64,000 nt of DNA from Desulfurococcales archaeon (GTDB lineage: Archaea; Thermoproteota; Thermoprotei_A; Sulfolobales; NBVN01): the NCBI GenBank assembly GCA_023255955.1, contig JAGDWD010000008.1, positions 128,845 through 192,844 of the forward strand. Direction: 5' to 3'. Below, in pieces: positions 7,270 through 17,208 of this stretch. The notes beneath the pieces were generated by a model. The model made no database searches. It worked only from the letters and a program-made list of their open reading frames with translations, and was not told the origin of the DNA. The position numbers and the translations under genes were made by a program. The stretch's first letter is position 1. Every line of letters starts with the position of its first letter.

Positions 7270-9177
7270 CTATGCTGGTAATCCTAGAGCTCTTCTCTTA
7301 CGGTCTATGTGGTCCAGCATTATCTCTGCTGCTTTCTTGGGGTCCGGCTCCACTACGAACCTCGCACCCACCAGCTTCTCGACGTCCTCGGTGAGTAGCT
7401 TAGTTACGAGTTCGCTACCTAGTACGGGAGGTATTACGCCTAGGTGTACGTTAACTCCCTGGGTTACGAACCACGTACCTATAGATACGGCTTTACTGCT
7501 CATAGCTTCTGGAGCTGAGCCGAAGACTGGGAGATCCGATATGTCTACTCCTAGAGCTTCAGCTACAGCGTTTAGAGCTACCAGTATTCTTGAGTTATCG
7601 ACGCAGCTACCCATGTGGAGGCATGGAGGTATCTTCAGGGCCTCCAGCACCTTCCTAAGTCTACCACCAGCTAGTGCCTGAGCTTCGAGACTCATTAACC
7701 CAGCTTTTGCTGCTGCTATAGCCCAGCAACCCGTACCTACTACTAACACGTCGTTAGCTATTAACTCCTTAGCTAGCTCTACATGCCCTCTGTCTTGAGG
7801 TACCTTCGGATTGTTGCAACCGACTATGCCGACAATACCTCTAATATCTCCTCTCTTTATAGCTTCGATTAGAGGTGCTAGGGACCCTCCAAGAGCCTCA
7901 ACTATGGCCTCCACCGAGAACCCTGCGATGAGCTTCGACTTTATATCAGGTATGAACACCCTCTCTCTAGCTCTCCTCGGGAAGTTCTCCACAGCTGTCC
8001 GAACTATTTCCCAAGCTACTTCATCAGCTCTCCCAGCTTTCCACTCTATGTGGATAGCTCCGGGTATTCTAGCTATAGGCATTGTAGTTACTAGTTTTGT
8101 GTGGAAGCACCTAGCAACATCAGCTAGTGCTGGCATAACACACTGGTAGTCAGCAACCATAGCCTCGACAGCACCGGTAGCTAGAGCGAGCTCCTGGTGT
8201 AGGAGGTTCCCAGCTGAAGGTATCCCTAACCTCATTAGGACTTCGTTAGCAGTACAACATATACCGCATACGTTTATGCCCTTAGCTCCAACATCCTTCG
8301 CTAACTTCAGAGCATCCTCGGATCTAGCTACCTCAACTACCTTCGTCGAGAGCAGGGGGTTATGGCCATGAACTACTATGTTAACCTCATCATGCTTAAG
8401 GACACCTAGATTAGCATAGCTCTCTACAGGTCTGGGTGTCCCGAACATAGCGTCCTGAAGCTCTGTCGCAGTTAGCATAGCGTAGCAGTCAGCTAGAGCT
8501 GTCCTAAGCCCGTGGGCTAGTAGGCTTCTGTAGTCAGCATCAACACCCACATGTATCCTGTGGAGAGCTTCGAAAGCCTCACGCCATATAGACCTCGGTA
8601 CTATCCCCAACCTCTCGAAGATTCTTCTCCTACTCTCTATGGAGTATGCTCTGAAAACGTTCAAAGGCTCTTCAGTAGTCCTCGTAAAGTCCTCCTCAAT
8701 CTTTTTAACTACCTCTACAGCTAGGTCCAGCACAGATCTTGTCTCAGCGTCAGGTATACCAAGTCTCTTCGCTATAGATCTAAGCTTCCTCTCGTCAGCA
8801 ATCCTATAGGGGTACGGTCTACCCTCCAGAGAGTGCTCAACAGCACCCTTAAATGTCTCAAGTACATGGAACGCGTGTTCCCCGTGGGCCGCCTCACCGT
8901 TAGCTATGTGGAAGAGGACCCTCCTAGCAACCATAGTGTTAGCATCAGCACCACATATACCCCTAGATGGCCCCACCCCGTAGGGGTCTATCCTACATGG
9001 TCCCATCATACAGAACCAGCAGCAAAGCCCGAGAGACCCGAACCCGCACTGAGGTTGCTGTTTCTCATACCTGTGGTATACCGTCTCTATACCTAGCTCC
9101 TCAGCTCTCCTAATCATGATCTGAGCTGCTTTATCTACGGTTTTCTCCTCCGGTTTCCTAATGGGAGTTACACCCAT
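7270..9177 (-). CDS. cooS: Anaerobic Ni-Fe carbon monoxide dehydrogenase catalytic subunit CooS
   Basis: The N-terminal cluster motif is QCGFGSLGLCCWFCMMGPCRI and the length from the internal ATG (MGVTPIRKPEEK...) is about 635 aa. The track ORF to 9333 is an in-frame extension into cooF. Confidence 0.9.
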   Translation of the reverse strand: MGVTPIRKPEEKTVDKAAQIMIRRAEELGIETVYHRYEKQQPQCGFGSLGLCCWFCMMGPCRIDPYGVGPSRGICGADANTMVARRVLFHIANGEAAHGEHAFHVLETFKGAVEHSLEGRPYPYRIADERKLRSIAKRLGIPDAETRSVLDLAVEVVKKIEEDFTRTTEEPLNVFRAYSIESRRRIFERLGIVPRSIWREAFEALHRIHVGVDADYRSLLAHGLRTALADCYAMLTATELQDAMFGTPRPVESYANLGVLKHDEVNIVVHGHNPLLSTKVVEVARSEDALKLAKDVGAKGINVCGICCTANEVLMRLGIPSAGNLLHQELALATGAVEAMVADYQCVMPALADVARCFHTKLVTTMPIARIPGAIHIEWKAGRADEVAWEIVRTAVENFPRRARERVFIPDIKSKLIAGFSVEAIVEALGGSLAPLIEAIKRGDIRGIVGIVGCNNPKVPQDRGHVELAKELIANDVLVVGTGCWAIAAAKAGLMSLEAQALAGGRLRKVLEALKIPPCLHMGSCVDNSRILVALNAVAEALGVDISDLPVFGSAPEAMSSKAVSIGTWFVTQGVNVHLGVIPPVLGSELVTKLLTEDVEKLVGARFVVEPDPKKAAEIMLDHIDRKRRALGLPA

Positions 9178-9742
9178 GTTCCTCACCACCTGAGGGAGGT
9201 ATGTACAAAACCGCGTCAGACCCTGAAGTCCCGGTAAGACCTGTCGCGAACTCCTTAGCTTTCCTCTTACGAAGCTCGTATAGAGCTTCCTCAACCCTAC
9301 CGTACCTAAGGGCTCCTGTAGGGCATGCCTCAACGCATGCTGGTGTGAGACCTTTCCGAACCCTGTCTACACAGAAATCACACTTAGCAATGACCTTCTT
9401 ACCTAGGTCTAGGGATATGGCCCCGTATGGGCAGGCCAGTATACAGCCCTTACAACCTATGCAGAGATCCTCACGTAGGAGGACAGGTCCCTCCGCGACT
9501 TTATAGAGAGCTTCTGTAGGGCATACCTCAACACACGGAGGCTTCTCGCAGTGCATACAACGTATAGGGACATTATAACCTAATGCTGGTACCACTCTTA
9601 TCCTAGATATCGGTGTCGGGACCTCGTAGGGAGCTGTGTAGGTAGTCTTAGTTAGAGAGTGTTCTGTAGCACACGCAAAGTAGCAAGATAGACAACCAAG
9701 ACATCTTTCTATGTCGACGTATATGATAAGACCATCAGGCAA
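9158..9742 (-). CDS. cooF: CooF-type polyferredoxin (4x 4Fe-4S)
   Basis: The four Cys clusters are CLGCLSCYFAC, CMHCEKPPCVEVCP, CIGCKGCILACP and CDFC...PACVEACP. The gene overlaps the cooS start by 20 nt. The start is TTG, with TATATAAA about 30 nt upstream on the minus strand. Confidence 0.85.
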   Translation of the reverse strand: MPDGLIIYVDIERCLGCLSCYFACATEHSLTKTTYTAPYEVPTPISRIRVVPALGYNVPIRCMHCEKPPCVEVCPTEALYKVAEGPVLLREDLCIGCKGCILACPYGAISLDLGKKVIAKCDFCVDRVRKGLTPACVEACPTGALRYGRVEEALYELRKRKAKEFATGLTGTSGSDAVLYIPPSGGEEHGCNSH

Positions 9743-9817
9743 AGTCTCTACCTGGAAGAAATAATTTGGGGGTTTATATACCTCGCTTTTACTTACCTTA
9801 AAATAACGCTCAAGTTC

Positions 9818-10279
9818 TCAGGCATTTCTAATTGAAATACGTTTAGTCATCGAATATAGAGCAACTGCTATGACTGCCTGTGGGGGAGCATCTGCTGGTA
9901 GTTCAGGTATGCCCACAGGATCGGCTGGGATATCCCCCTTTGCATGCTCGTCTCCTGCGATCACTAGGGCGTACTTCGCGTCCTTAAACTCTATATCGTC
10001 AAGTCTCCTACCACTTGTGGTTCCCGGAACTAACAGGAGGATCTCATCAAACTTGAAGTGTTCTAGTACTTCTCTCGCCGTGGGTAGCACGACGAGTGAT
10101 TTACCGTGTTTTAAGGCTATTCTATAAGCTTCCGGTACACCGGACTGTGAAGCCATTCCCGAGGCTCTAACAACTATGAATAGATCTACCTTAACCCCGC
10201 TAAACCCGTATGCTATCTTCACGGACTCTACTAGTCTGTGTGGTGATGTAACACCTGAGAGGATTATTGTTACCGACAT
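9818..10279 (-). CDS. Conserved hypothetical protein (153 aa)
   Basis: This is a clean ORF with typical local codon composition. I cannot assign a family with confidence. Confidence 0.45.
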   Translation of the reverse strand: MSVTIILSGVTSPHRLVESVKIAYGFSGVKVDLFIVVRASGMASQSGVPEAYRIALKHGKSLVVLPTAREVLEHFKFDEILLLVPGTTSGRRLDDIEFKDAKYALVIAGDEHAKGDIPADPVGIPELPADAPPQAVIAVALYSMTKRISIRNA

Positions 10280-10321
10280 ACCCAGCCCCCAGTAAGTGCC
10301 GTAGTGGCTATTTTCACTACG

Positions 10322-11488
10322 TTACCACACCATATAGCCGAAGAGCTCCCTCTTACCCTGACCCCTAGCGGACATGTACCTCTCGAGAGCTAGTAGGAAA
10401 TCCTCCATACCTACCTTCTCCGACCCCCTCCTTATAGCGTTGTAGCCTGCCTCAGTGCATATAGCCTTAATGTCAGCACCACAAAGCCCTTCAGACATCT
10501 TCGCTAGTTTAAGTAGATCTACGTCATCTGCTAGAGCCATTCGAGATGTGTGGACTTTGAATATCTCGTACCTACCTCTCTCGTCTGGGGGTGGTACGCT
10601 GATTAATCTATCGAACCTACCGGGCCTTAGAAGTGCCGGGTCTATGATGTCGATCCTATTTGTTGCCGCCATTATCTTGACCTTATCTAGAGGGTCGAAC
10701 CCGTCGATCTCCACTAGTAGCTGAGATAGTGTTCTGTGGATCTCCCGCTCACCTGATGTCCCTACATCCACCCTCTTAGCCCCTATAGCATCAAGTTCAT
10801 CTATAAACACTATTGCCGGTGCTTTACGCCTAGCTAGTCTGAACACCTCCCTAACTATCCTAGCTCCCTCACCAACAAACTTCTGAGCAAGCTCAGACGC
10901 AGCTAGTCTAATGAAGGTTGCGTTGACCTCCCCGGCTACGGCTTTCGCTAATAATGTCTTACCGCAGCCAGGTGGTCCGTACAGTAAAACACCTTTAGGA
11001 GGTTCTATACCTATCCTAGAGAAAAGCTCCGGATTCTTAAGCGGTATCTCTACTACCTCACGTAACTCCCTGATCTGCTCGTGGAGTCCTCCAACGTCGC
11101 TGAACCTCACTCTAGGCCTCTCATCTACCTCCATAGCCTTCACGTAGTAGTCCTCAGATATCGGTAGTACCTCGACAATCGCGGAACCCCTCTGATTTAG
11201 AGCTACGTGAACACCCGGCTTCAGCTTAGAGACATCTACGAACCCACTAACCTGGACAACCAACGTCGGACCAGTACTACTCTTAACTACAGCCCTCCCA
11301 TCCTCCAGGACCTCCACGACAACGGCCTCAACGAGGGGGGACGACATTAACTTATCTATCTCACTCTTATAGTAGTTCAACTCCCTCCTCAAGAACTCTA
11401 TCTCAGCCTCAAGTTGCTGGACTCTTTCCTCTAGGTGCCTAACGTACTCAAAGATATTGCTCTTCTTATCGCTACCTACATAACTCAG
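10322..11488 (-). CDS. pan: Proteasome-activating nucleotidase (PAN, AAA+ ATPase); probable CTG start
   Basis: It has Walker A GPPGCGKT, Walker [10 protein letters not shown], and an OB/coiled-coil N-terminus. The first canonical start (TTG, 11392) truncates the coiled coil. The homologous sequence ([23 protein letters not shown]) continues upstream to a CTG at 11486-11488, 6 codons after an in-frame TAG. Confidence 0.9.
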   Translation of the reverse strand: MSYVGSDKKSNIFEYVRHLEERVQQLEAEIEFLRRELNYYKSEIDKLMSSPLVEAVVVEVLEDGRAVVKSSTGPTLVVQVSGFVDVSKLKPGVHVALNQRGSAIVEVLPISEDYYVKAMEVDERPRVRFSDVGGLHEQIRELREVVEIPLKNPELFSRIGIEPPKGVLLYGPPGCGKTLLAKAVAGEVNATFIRLAASELAQKFVGEGARIVREVFRLARRKAPAIVFIDELDAIGAKRVDVGTSGEREIHRTLSQLLVEIDGFDPLDKVKIMAATNRIDIIDPALLRPGRFDRLISVPPPDERGRYEIFKVHTSRMALADDVDLLKLAKMSEGLCGADIKAICTEAGYNAIRRGSEKVGMEDFLLALERYMSARGQGKRELFGYMVW

Positions 11489-11590
11489 AGTTTTCCACCT
11501 CTGCTATACTGACTACACAACTAATTTATAAAGATGGAGATACCCTACCTAATTACATCAACTCATGGATACCTAAAGAGATGGGTAATT

Positions 11591-14554
11591 TTAACTAGCT
11601 CGCTTTATTCCTATCGTAACGTTGAAGCCTTCTACATCCCATGTCTTAGTGTAGTAACCATCACCTATCCTCCCTAGAGATAGCTTTACAGCCCTAACCT
11701 CCTTCAAGATGTAGCTACTTAGTTCATTAACAGCTCTCCTAATGTCCTCTGAGTCTGCCTCCACGAACATCTCGATAAAGTCTGATACGTTTAGGTTCAG
11801 CTCCTTCCTCATTACCTGAGCCCTCCTCACGATCTCCCTTGCTAGAGCCTCCATATACAGAGCCTCATCTATGCGGTTAGGTAGGCACACAGTAACACCT
11901 CCCTCTTCCACGTACTCGTAACCTTTCTCGGTGCAGGTCGATATGTCCCTAGCTACCAGGACACTCTTAACATTAGATAACCTGCTGATAACGTCACCTA
12001 AGTACTCAACGAGCTTCAAGACATCCTCCTGTGCTACTATTACAGCCTCACGTAGCGGCCACCTTATCTTAATCCCTAGCCTGTTCCTGAGGGATGCTGC
12101 TAACTCAACCACCTTTAACGCTAACTTAAAGCCCTCCTCGAGCTGTGTATCTATCATGCTCTCATCCGGCTCCTCCACCGTGGTTAGGTGAACACTCTCA
12201 GACTCCTCAGGCTCGAAGTACTTTATGAAGTTCAGCCAGAGCGCCTCCATGAGGTGTGGAACAGCTGGAGCAAACACCTTAACCAACCGCTTGAGAACGT
12301 AGTACAGAACTGCGTAGACTACGAACCTATCGTCGCTCTCCTCACTCCAGACCCTAGGCCTCACTAACTTAAGGTATGTCCTACTTAAGTCCTCAACTGT
12401 GAAGTCTATCATGGTCTGGACAGCCTTGTTTATCTCGTATCCTTCCATGAACTTGTTGAAGTCTCTCATAACGCTGTTAATCCTAGACAGTACCCACCTA
12501 TCCTCTACTGATAACCTCCCCATATACCTGGAAAGTTCGTGCTGCTTCGGGGAGAACTTATCTAAGTCCATATACATACCTGCGAACCTGAAGACGTTCC
12601 AGACTATGTTTAGTATGCTGGTTGAAACCTTCCTAACCTCGTCGGGGTCGAACATGAAGGAGTCTCCGGGAGGGTACCGGAACAGTAAGTAGAGTCTGAG
12701 AGTGTCAGCCCCGTACCTCTTAAGAGCATCCTCAGCGTAGACGACGTTCCCAAGGTGCTTAGACATCTTCCTACCGTACTTGTCGAGGACATGTCCCTGT
12801 ATTAGGATCTGCCTGTATGGTGCTACACCCCTATCTATCACTGAAGTAGCTAGTAGTGAGTAGAACCACCCTCTAGTCTGGTCGATGGCCTCAGTTATGA
12901 ATGAGTAGGGGAAGACCTTACTGAAGAGTTCCCTATTCCTTAATCCGTCAACGGAAGCTATCCACGCAACACCACTATCTATCCACACATCAACAACGAA
13001 AGGCTCTCTAACCCACTTACTACAGTCAGGTGTTGAGAGCTCTACCTGGTCGATCCAGGGTCTATGAACCAGCTTATCGTCATCAACATCCGGAACCTTC
13101 ACCGCGAGCTTCTTAAGCTCCTCAATACTACCTACTACTAGGATCTTACTGGGGTCATCTACACATCTCCATATAGGTAGTGGGGTCCCCCATATTCTAG
13201 ACCTAGATATTGTCCAGTCCTTAACGTTAGCTAGCCAGGACTCGAACCTATTGCGATGTACCTTAGGGAACACCTCAACAGAATTGAGAGCCTCGATGAG
13301 CTCGTTCCTCAATCGACTCATAGCTATGAACCACTGCCTATCTGCTCTGTATATTAGCGGGGTACCACACCTCCAGCAGTGGGGATACCTATGCACTATC
13401 TTCCCTACTTTCACTAGTAGACCCTTCTTCCTCAGTATCTCGACAGCTAGTTCGGAGGCTTCACCTACGGTAAGACCTTGAAACACCCCGGACGAGTCAT
13501 CGAATGTACCGTCGATTCTGACAGTGCTGGTTACAGGCAGACCATATCTAACTCCGAGCTCGTAGTCCTCAGGTCCGTGACCCGGCGCTATGTGTACGAG
13601 TCCTGTCCCCTCCTCGAGACTCACGAACTCGGCATCTACAACGTAGTGGCTGTTCGAATGGTTCCTATGGATCGGTACCTCCTCACCTAGAGGATGGTCG
13701 TAGCTTAAGCCCCGGAGCTCAGATCCTTTCCTAACCTCTACGCACCTCCATGTCCTCAGCCCGAGCTCGCTAGCCACTCTCTCTACGAGTCCCCTAGCTA
13801 TGTACCACCTCTCACCACCGACATCAATGAGACAGTACTCTGCCTCTGGGTGTACCGCAACAGCCTCGTTATCTATCAGGGTCCACGGGGTCGTCGTCCA
13901 TATTAGTAGGTACTCCCCTTCTCTACCACGGATCTTAAACTTTACGTAGACAGATGGTGACTCCTTCTCCTCATACCCCATATCGACCTCCGCATCACTG
14001 AGGGCTGTCTCACATCTCGGGCAGAACGGGAGCACTCTATGCCCCTCATATAGAAGTCCCCTCTCCCAAGCTCTCTTCACTATGTACCACACGTACTCTA
14101 AATACCTACTCTTCCTGGTCTCGTAGGCGTTCTCTAGGTCAAGCCACAGCCCTATATACTCTGTCGCGTAGAGCCTCCAGAAGGTAAGGTAGTAGTCGAC
14201 GAGTTTGTTACATTCCTCAACAAATCTCTCCAGACCTATCCTCTCAGTTATCTCGCGCTTAGTCTTAACACCAAGCTTTTTCTCGACCTCTACCTCTACA
14301 GGGAGTCCCTGCTCATCCCAACCTCCCTGAGCCCACACATCGTAACCTCTAAGCCTGTAGTACCTCAATACGAAGTCCTTGTAAACCCTCCCCCTAAGGT
14401 GCCCAGTATGAGGATAACCGTTCGCTGTTGGGGGACCCTCAAGGAAGCTGAAGATGGGTCTCCCCGTCTGAGTACGCCACTTCAAAGGTATGTCTCTCTC
14501 CTTCCAGTACCTCCTCACTTCATCCTCAATCTTCTTTATCTCCAGTGGAGGCAA
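11591..14554 (-). CDS. ileS: Isoleucyl-tRNA synthetase
   Basis: The 987-aa protein has the class I motifs PHTGHL (HIGH) and KMSKHLGN (KMSKS), a CP1 editing insert and Zn-type Cys pairs. Confidence 0.95.
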   Translation of the reverse strand: MPPLEIKKIEDEVRRYWKERDIPLKWRTQTGRPIFSFLEGPPTANGYPHTGHLRGRVYKDFVLRYYRLRGYDVWAQGGWDEQGLPVEVEVEKKLGVKTKREITERIGLERFVEECNKLVDYYLTFWRLYATEYIGLWLDLENAYETRKSRYLEYVWYIVKRAWERGLLYEGHRVLPFCPRCETALSDAEVDMGYEEKESPSVYVKFKIRGREGEYLLIWTTTPWTLIDNEAVAVHPEAEYCLIDVGGERWYIARGLVERVASELGLRTWRCVEVRKGSELRGLSYDHPLGEEVPIHRNHSNSHYVVDAEFVSLEEGTGLVHIAPGHGPEDYELGVRYGLPVTSTVRIDGTFDDSSGVFQGLTVGEASELAVEILRKKGLLVKVGKIVHRYPHCWRCGTPLIYRADRQWFIAMSRLRNELIEALNSVEVFPKVHRNRFESWLANVKDWTISRSRIWGTPLPIWRCVDDPSKILVVGSIEELKKLAVKVPDVDDDKLVHRPWIDQVELSTPDCSKWVREPFVVDVWIDSGVAWIASVDGLRNRELFSKVFPYSFITEAIDQTRGWFYSLLATSVIDRGVAPYRQILIQGHVLDKYGRKMSKHLGNVVYAEDALKRYGADTLRLYLLFRYPPGDSFMFDPDEVRKVSTSILNIVWNVFRFAGMYMDLDKFSPKQHELSRYMGRLSVEDRWVLSRINSVMRDFNKFMEGYEINKAVQTMIDFTVEDLSRTYLKLVRPRVWSEESDDRFVVYAVLYYVLKRLVKVFAPAVPHLMEALWLNFIKYFEPEESESVHLTTVEEPDESMIDTQLEEGFKLALKVVELAASLRNRLGIKIRWPLREAVIVAQEDVLKLVEYLGDVISRLSNVKSVLVARDISTCTEKGYEYVEEGGVTVCLPNRIDEALYMEALAREIVRRAQVMRKELNLNVSDFIEMFVEADSEDIRRAVNELSSYILKEVRAVKLSLGRIGDGYYTKTWDVEGFNVTIGIKRAS

Positions 14555-14845
14555 ATCAATAGCAGACCCCCACTGTGTCAGTAGCTTAGGCTTATAAGTC
14601 TAACCTCTTCCCTGCTTTAAAGGACAGAGTTTTCAGTGAATCTGTTCTCTTTTCGAGAATACTCCCATCCGCCTAGGAACCTCTTATCAGCTACAATATA
14701 TTACAATATATTGCTAGGCTCCCATATACTTCCTCAGAGTATCTGTTGCGCTGATAGCGGTATCTCACTGTTAAATTTCTCTAACACTATTCATGAACTA
14801 TTCTAGTACTTACGGACACTATTTCTAACTATAAGAGAATTCCTA

Positions 14846-15274
14846 TCATAACTTGATGGTTCTACAGACCTTTTCTAGATCTTTCCTGTACTTTAAAACT
14901 ATAAGCTCTAATTCCTCCTTTATACTGTCATCACTACCTCCTCTTAGAATAGCTGTAATAACCTTACTGTATATCTCCCCCTCAGATAACACTCTCCTAA
15001 GGTGGTATAGGGCTAAATCTACTCCCCCAAAGAACTGCTTTAATACTCCTGCGAGTATCGTGGGTTTAATCATGAGGGAAGTATGAGGATCTAACCCTAA
15101 GGGCCGGAGCTTCATGTTAAGCAGTGCTGAGAACCCAGGAAAGTGCCTCTCTATGTTCTCGACTAAAGAAAATGAGGTGCAGTACATAAGCATATTAATA
15201 ATGTTAGCTTCATTTAACAGCTTTCTCCCATCCCGCGACACCTTCGCATGAGCAGTACTAGCTGGTAATACCAT
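14846..15274 (-). CDS. Hypothetical protein (142 aa)
   Basis: This is an ORF only. It is lower in GC than its neighbours and I recognise no family. Confidence 0.35.
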   Translation of the reverse strand: MVLPASTAHAKVSRDGRKLLNEANIINMLMYCTSFSLVENIERHFPGFSALLNMKLRPLGLDPHTSLMIKPTILAGVLKQFFGGVDLALYHLRRVLSEGEIYSKVITAILRGGSDDSIKEELELIVLKYRKDLEKVCRTIKL

Positions 15275-15677
15275 TAAACACCCAATGACCTATAGCTTAT
15301 TAGGATATATCCTACATCAACAAATCAAATGTTACCTACCTGTGATTCAGGCTAAACATCCCCTACTGCTACTTATCACTCTCCACAATAGTGATCCAAG
15401 TTGCTAAATAATTCTCTGAAATAAGTCTTTAAAAACCCTGATATCCCCCTGCCCTAAAGGGCAGTTTTGGAGACCCCCTACTTGAGGACAGATGAGGTGT
15501 TCAGGGAACCTCCATCCATACATGTGCTACGGTTGTTACCTATGTGCTCATCTAAGTAGGGCAATCACTGCTTGATTCACTATATCTATTAACCACGTAT
15601 ACGAGGGTGCCTGAAGTGGAAATCTATCTTGGGTAGGTTTATATTTACTGTCGTAATAATTTACCGGTAGGTTTAAA

Positions 15678-16370
15678 GTGGTAGCTGACCTTAAGCTGTT
15701 AATGCCGGCAAACCCTGTATTTGAGGTCTTAACCGCAGTAATCCTCCTCTTTTACGTGCTGGGGGTGTTGTTCTTCACTAAGTATGTATATATTTTCTTG
15801 AGGAAGAGGGGGCTGGAAGATAACGTCGTTGTTTACTATAATCGCAAGATAATACATATCCTAGCCGGTGGTGTGGTTGCTCTCATAGTTCCCTACCTTT
15901 TTAGCTCACCTCTAATCCCCACAGCCTTCGCGCTATCTCTAGCTATAGTAACATACATCCCCCACAAGATCGGGAAGATACTTTACTGGTTTCAGGTAAA
16001 AGACAACATGTACGAGGTGAACTTCTGCATAGCTTGGGCGCTTGCCCTACTAATCCTCTGGCTAGTATTCGGTAGCCCTATATACGCTATTATACCCATA
16101 TCCTTCATGTCCTTCGGAGACGCTGTTACGGGCATCATACGGAATACTGTCTACAGGAGGAGGACGAAGTCATGGCTAGGAAATCTCGGCATGTTCTTAG
16201 TTACCTTCCCGATAGGTGTTTACTATGCTGGGCATGTAGGACTTATCGCTGCGATTGTTGCCAGCATAGTTGAGCACTATGAAATACCTCCGCTAATAGA
16301 CGATAACGTCTTAATAACAACAACATCTCTGTTTGTCTTGGTAGCTAGCAAGACGTTCGGCCTACTCTAA
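15678..16370 (+). CDS. Polytopic membrane protein (about 7 TM), possibly polyprenol kinase/cytidylyltransferase-like
   Basis: It is highly hydrophobic throughout, with a conserved-looking FGDAVTGIIRN loop. The family assignment is uncertain. Confidence 0.45.
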   Translation: MVADLKLLMPANPVFEVLTAVILLFYVLGVLFFTKYVYIFLRKRGLEDNVVVYYNRKIIHILAGGVVALIVPYLFSSPLIPTAFALSLAIVTYIPHKIGKILYWFQVKDNMYEVNFCIAWALALLILWLVFGSPIYAIIPISFMSFGDAVTGIIRNTVYRRRTKSWLGNLGMFLVTFPIGVYYAGHVGLIAAIVASIVEHYEIPPLIDDNVLITTTSLFVLVASKTFGLL

Positions 16371-16999
16371 CCAGTTATGTACGCTATAATCTGGGAAGCA
16401 GCCTTCAGGCAGTCCATCACGTTATCCTCAGAAAGCTCCGAGAACTCGCTAACAGATCTAAACACACTTATCTGGACGCTCGCTAGGTTACCGTTCTTCT
16501 CATGAACAACAGTCAGAACTATGTCAAGCTTCCTCATCGAGACTATGTACTTCCCCTTGAAAGTCCTGACGTAGTACCACCCAGCATCGTAGCTTCCTCC
16601 CTCTAAGATCTCAACCCCACCGATTTTCAGGTTCTTCATGACATTACTATAAGGAGCCGAAATAGTTACACGTGCCTTAACTATGTACTCCAACTTAACC
16701 ACCTCAACTAAGTTAGCTATCTCCCGCAATATTTCTCGAGTTACTCTAGTAACCTCCTTTACCGGACCGAGAAGACATCTTTCCTCATCCTCACATGCCG
16801 ACGCCACAATAAGTACCCCCACATTCGTCCTAGAAAGGTAGAGAGCGACTGACGTCCTCCCAACAGCCCCCACAACCTCAGAGAAGTAGACTGTATCTAG
16901 CTCAGCACTCCCCCTCTCCTTAAGGAACTCGTGAGTCCTTAGTGCGAGGTACTCAGCGTCCTGACACCGAAACCTCACAGAAATACCTATCTCAAACAC
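16367..16999 (-). CDS. Hypothetical protein (210 aa)
   Basis: This is a clean ORF whose stop overlaps the end of the convergent gene by 4 nt. I recognise no family. Confidence 0.45.
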   Translation of the reverse strand: MFEIGISVRFRCQDAEYLALRTHEFLKERGSAELDTVYFSEVVGAVGRTSVALYLSRTNVGVLIVASACEDEERCLLGPVKEVTRVTREILREIANLVEVVKLEYIVKARVTISAPYSNVMKNLKIGGVEILEGGSYDAGWYYVRTFKGKYIVSMRKLDIVLTVVHEKNGNLASVQISVFRSVSEFSELSEDNVMDCLKAASQIIAYITG

Positions 17000-17208
17000 C
17001 TCCTCATACCAATACTACTATTCTAAGAAGCTCTTAATCGTGTTGTAGCTGGATATCTCCCTAACAACTAACTGAAACCCGTCATGAGTGATGGAGATCA
17101 AGATATTACCAGCTAAGGTATCTCACACGTGCTCCAGTTATGAACTAGTAATATCTCTAGAACTTTAGTTTAAAATTGATTAAGTAAATGTTGGACCCTA
17201 GGTAGGAT

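Noticed and set aside
6312-7272. A 12-nt direct repeat ATTTCTGATGCT at 6312-6323 and 7261-7272, bracketing the AT-rich ORF; considered as a possible target-site duplication.
   Set aside because: Exact 12-mers are expected to recur many times by chance in 64 kb (order of 10^2 same-strand pairs under uniform composition). There are no terminal inverted repeats or a transposase.
7270-9333. The 687-aa version of cooS and the 132-aa version of the cooT ORF (4935..5333); also the 55330 start for ferritin and the 58695 start for the proteasome beta subunit.
   Set aside because: The upstream extensions overlap neighbouring genes (cooF, cooC, egsA) or add non-homologous residues. Internal starts give proteins of canonical length and N-termini.
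14601-14625. A shared 15-mer TCTTCCCTGCTTTAA upstream of ileS (14607) and upstream of the HTH/Zn-ribbon gene (about 44649).
   Set aside because: Both contain the TATA-like TTTAAAG/CTTAAAG of minus-strand promoters. A 14-15-mer recurrence is near chance expectation for this window size, so I do not claim a specific shared regulator.
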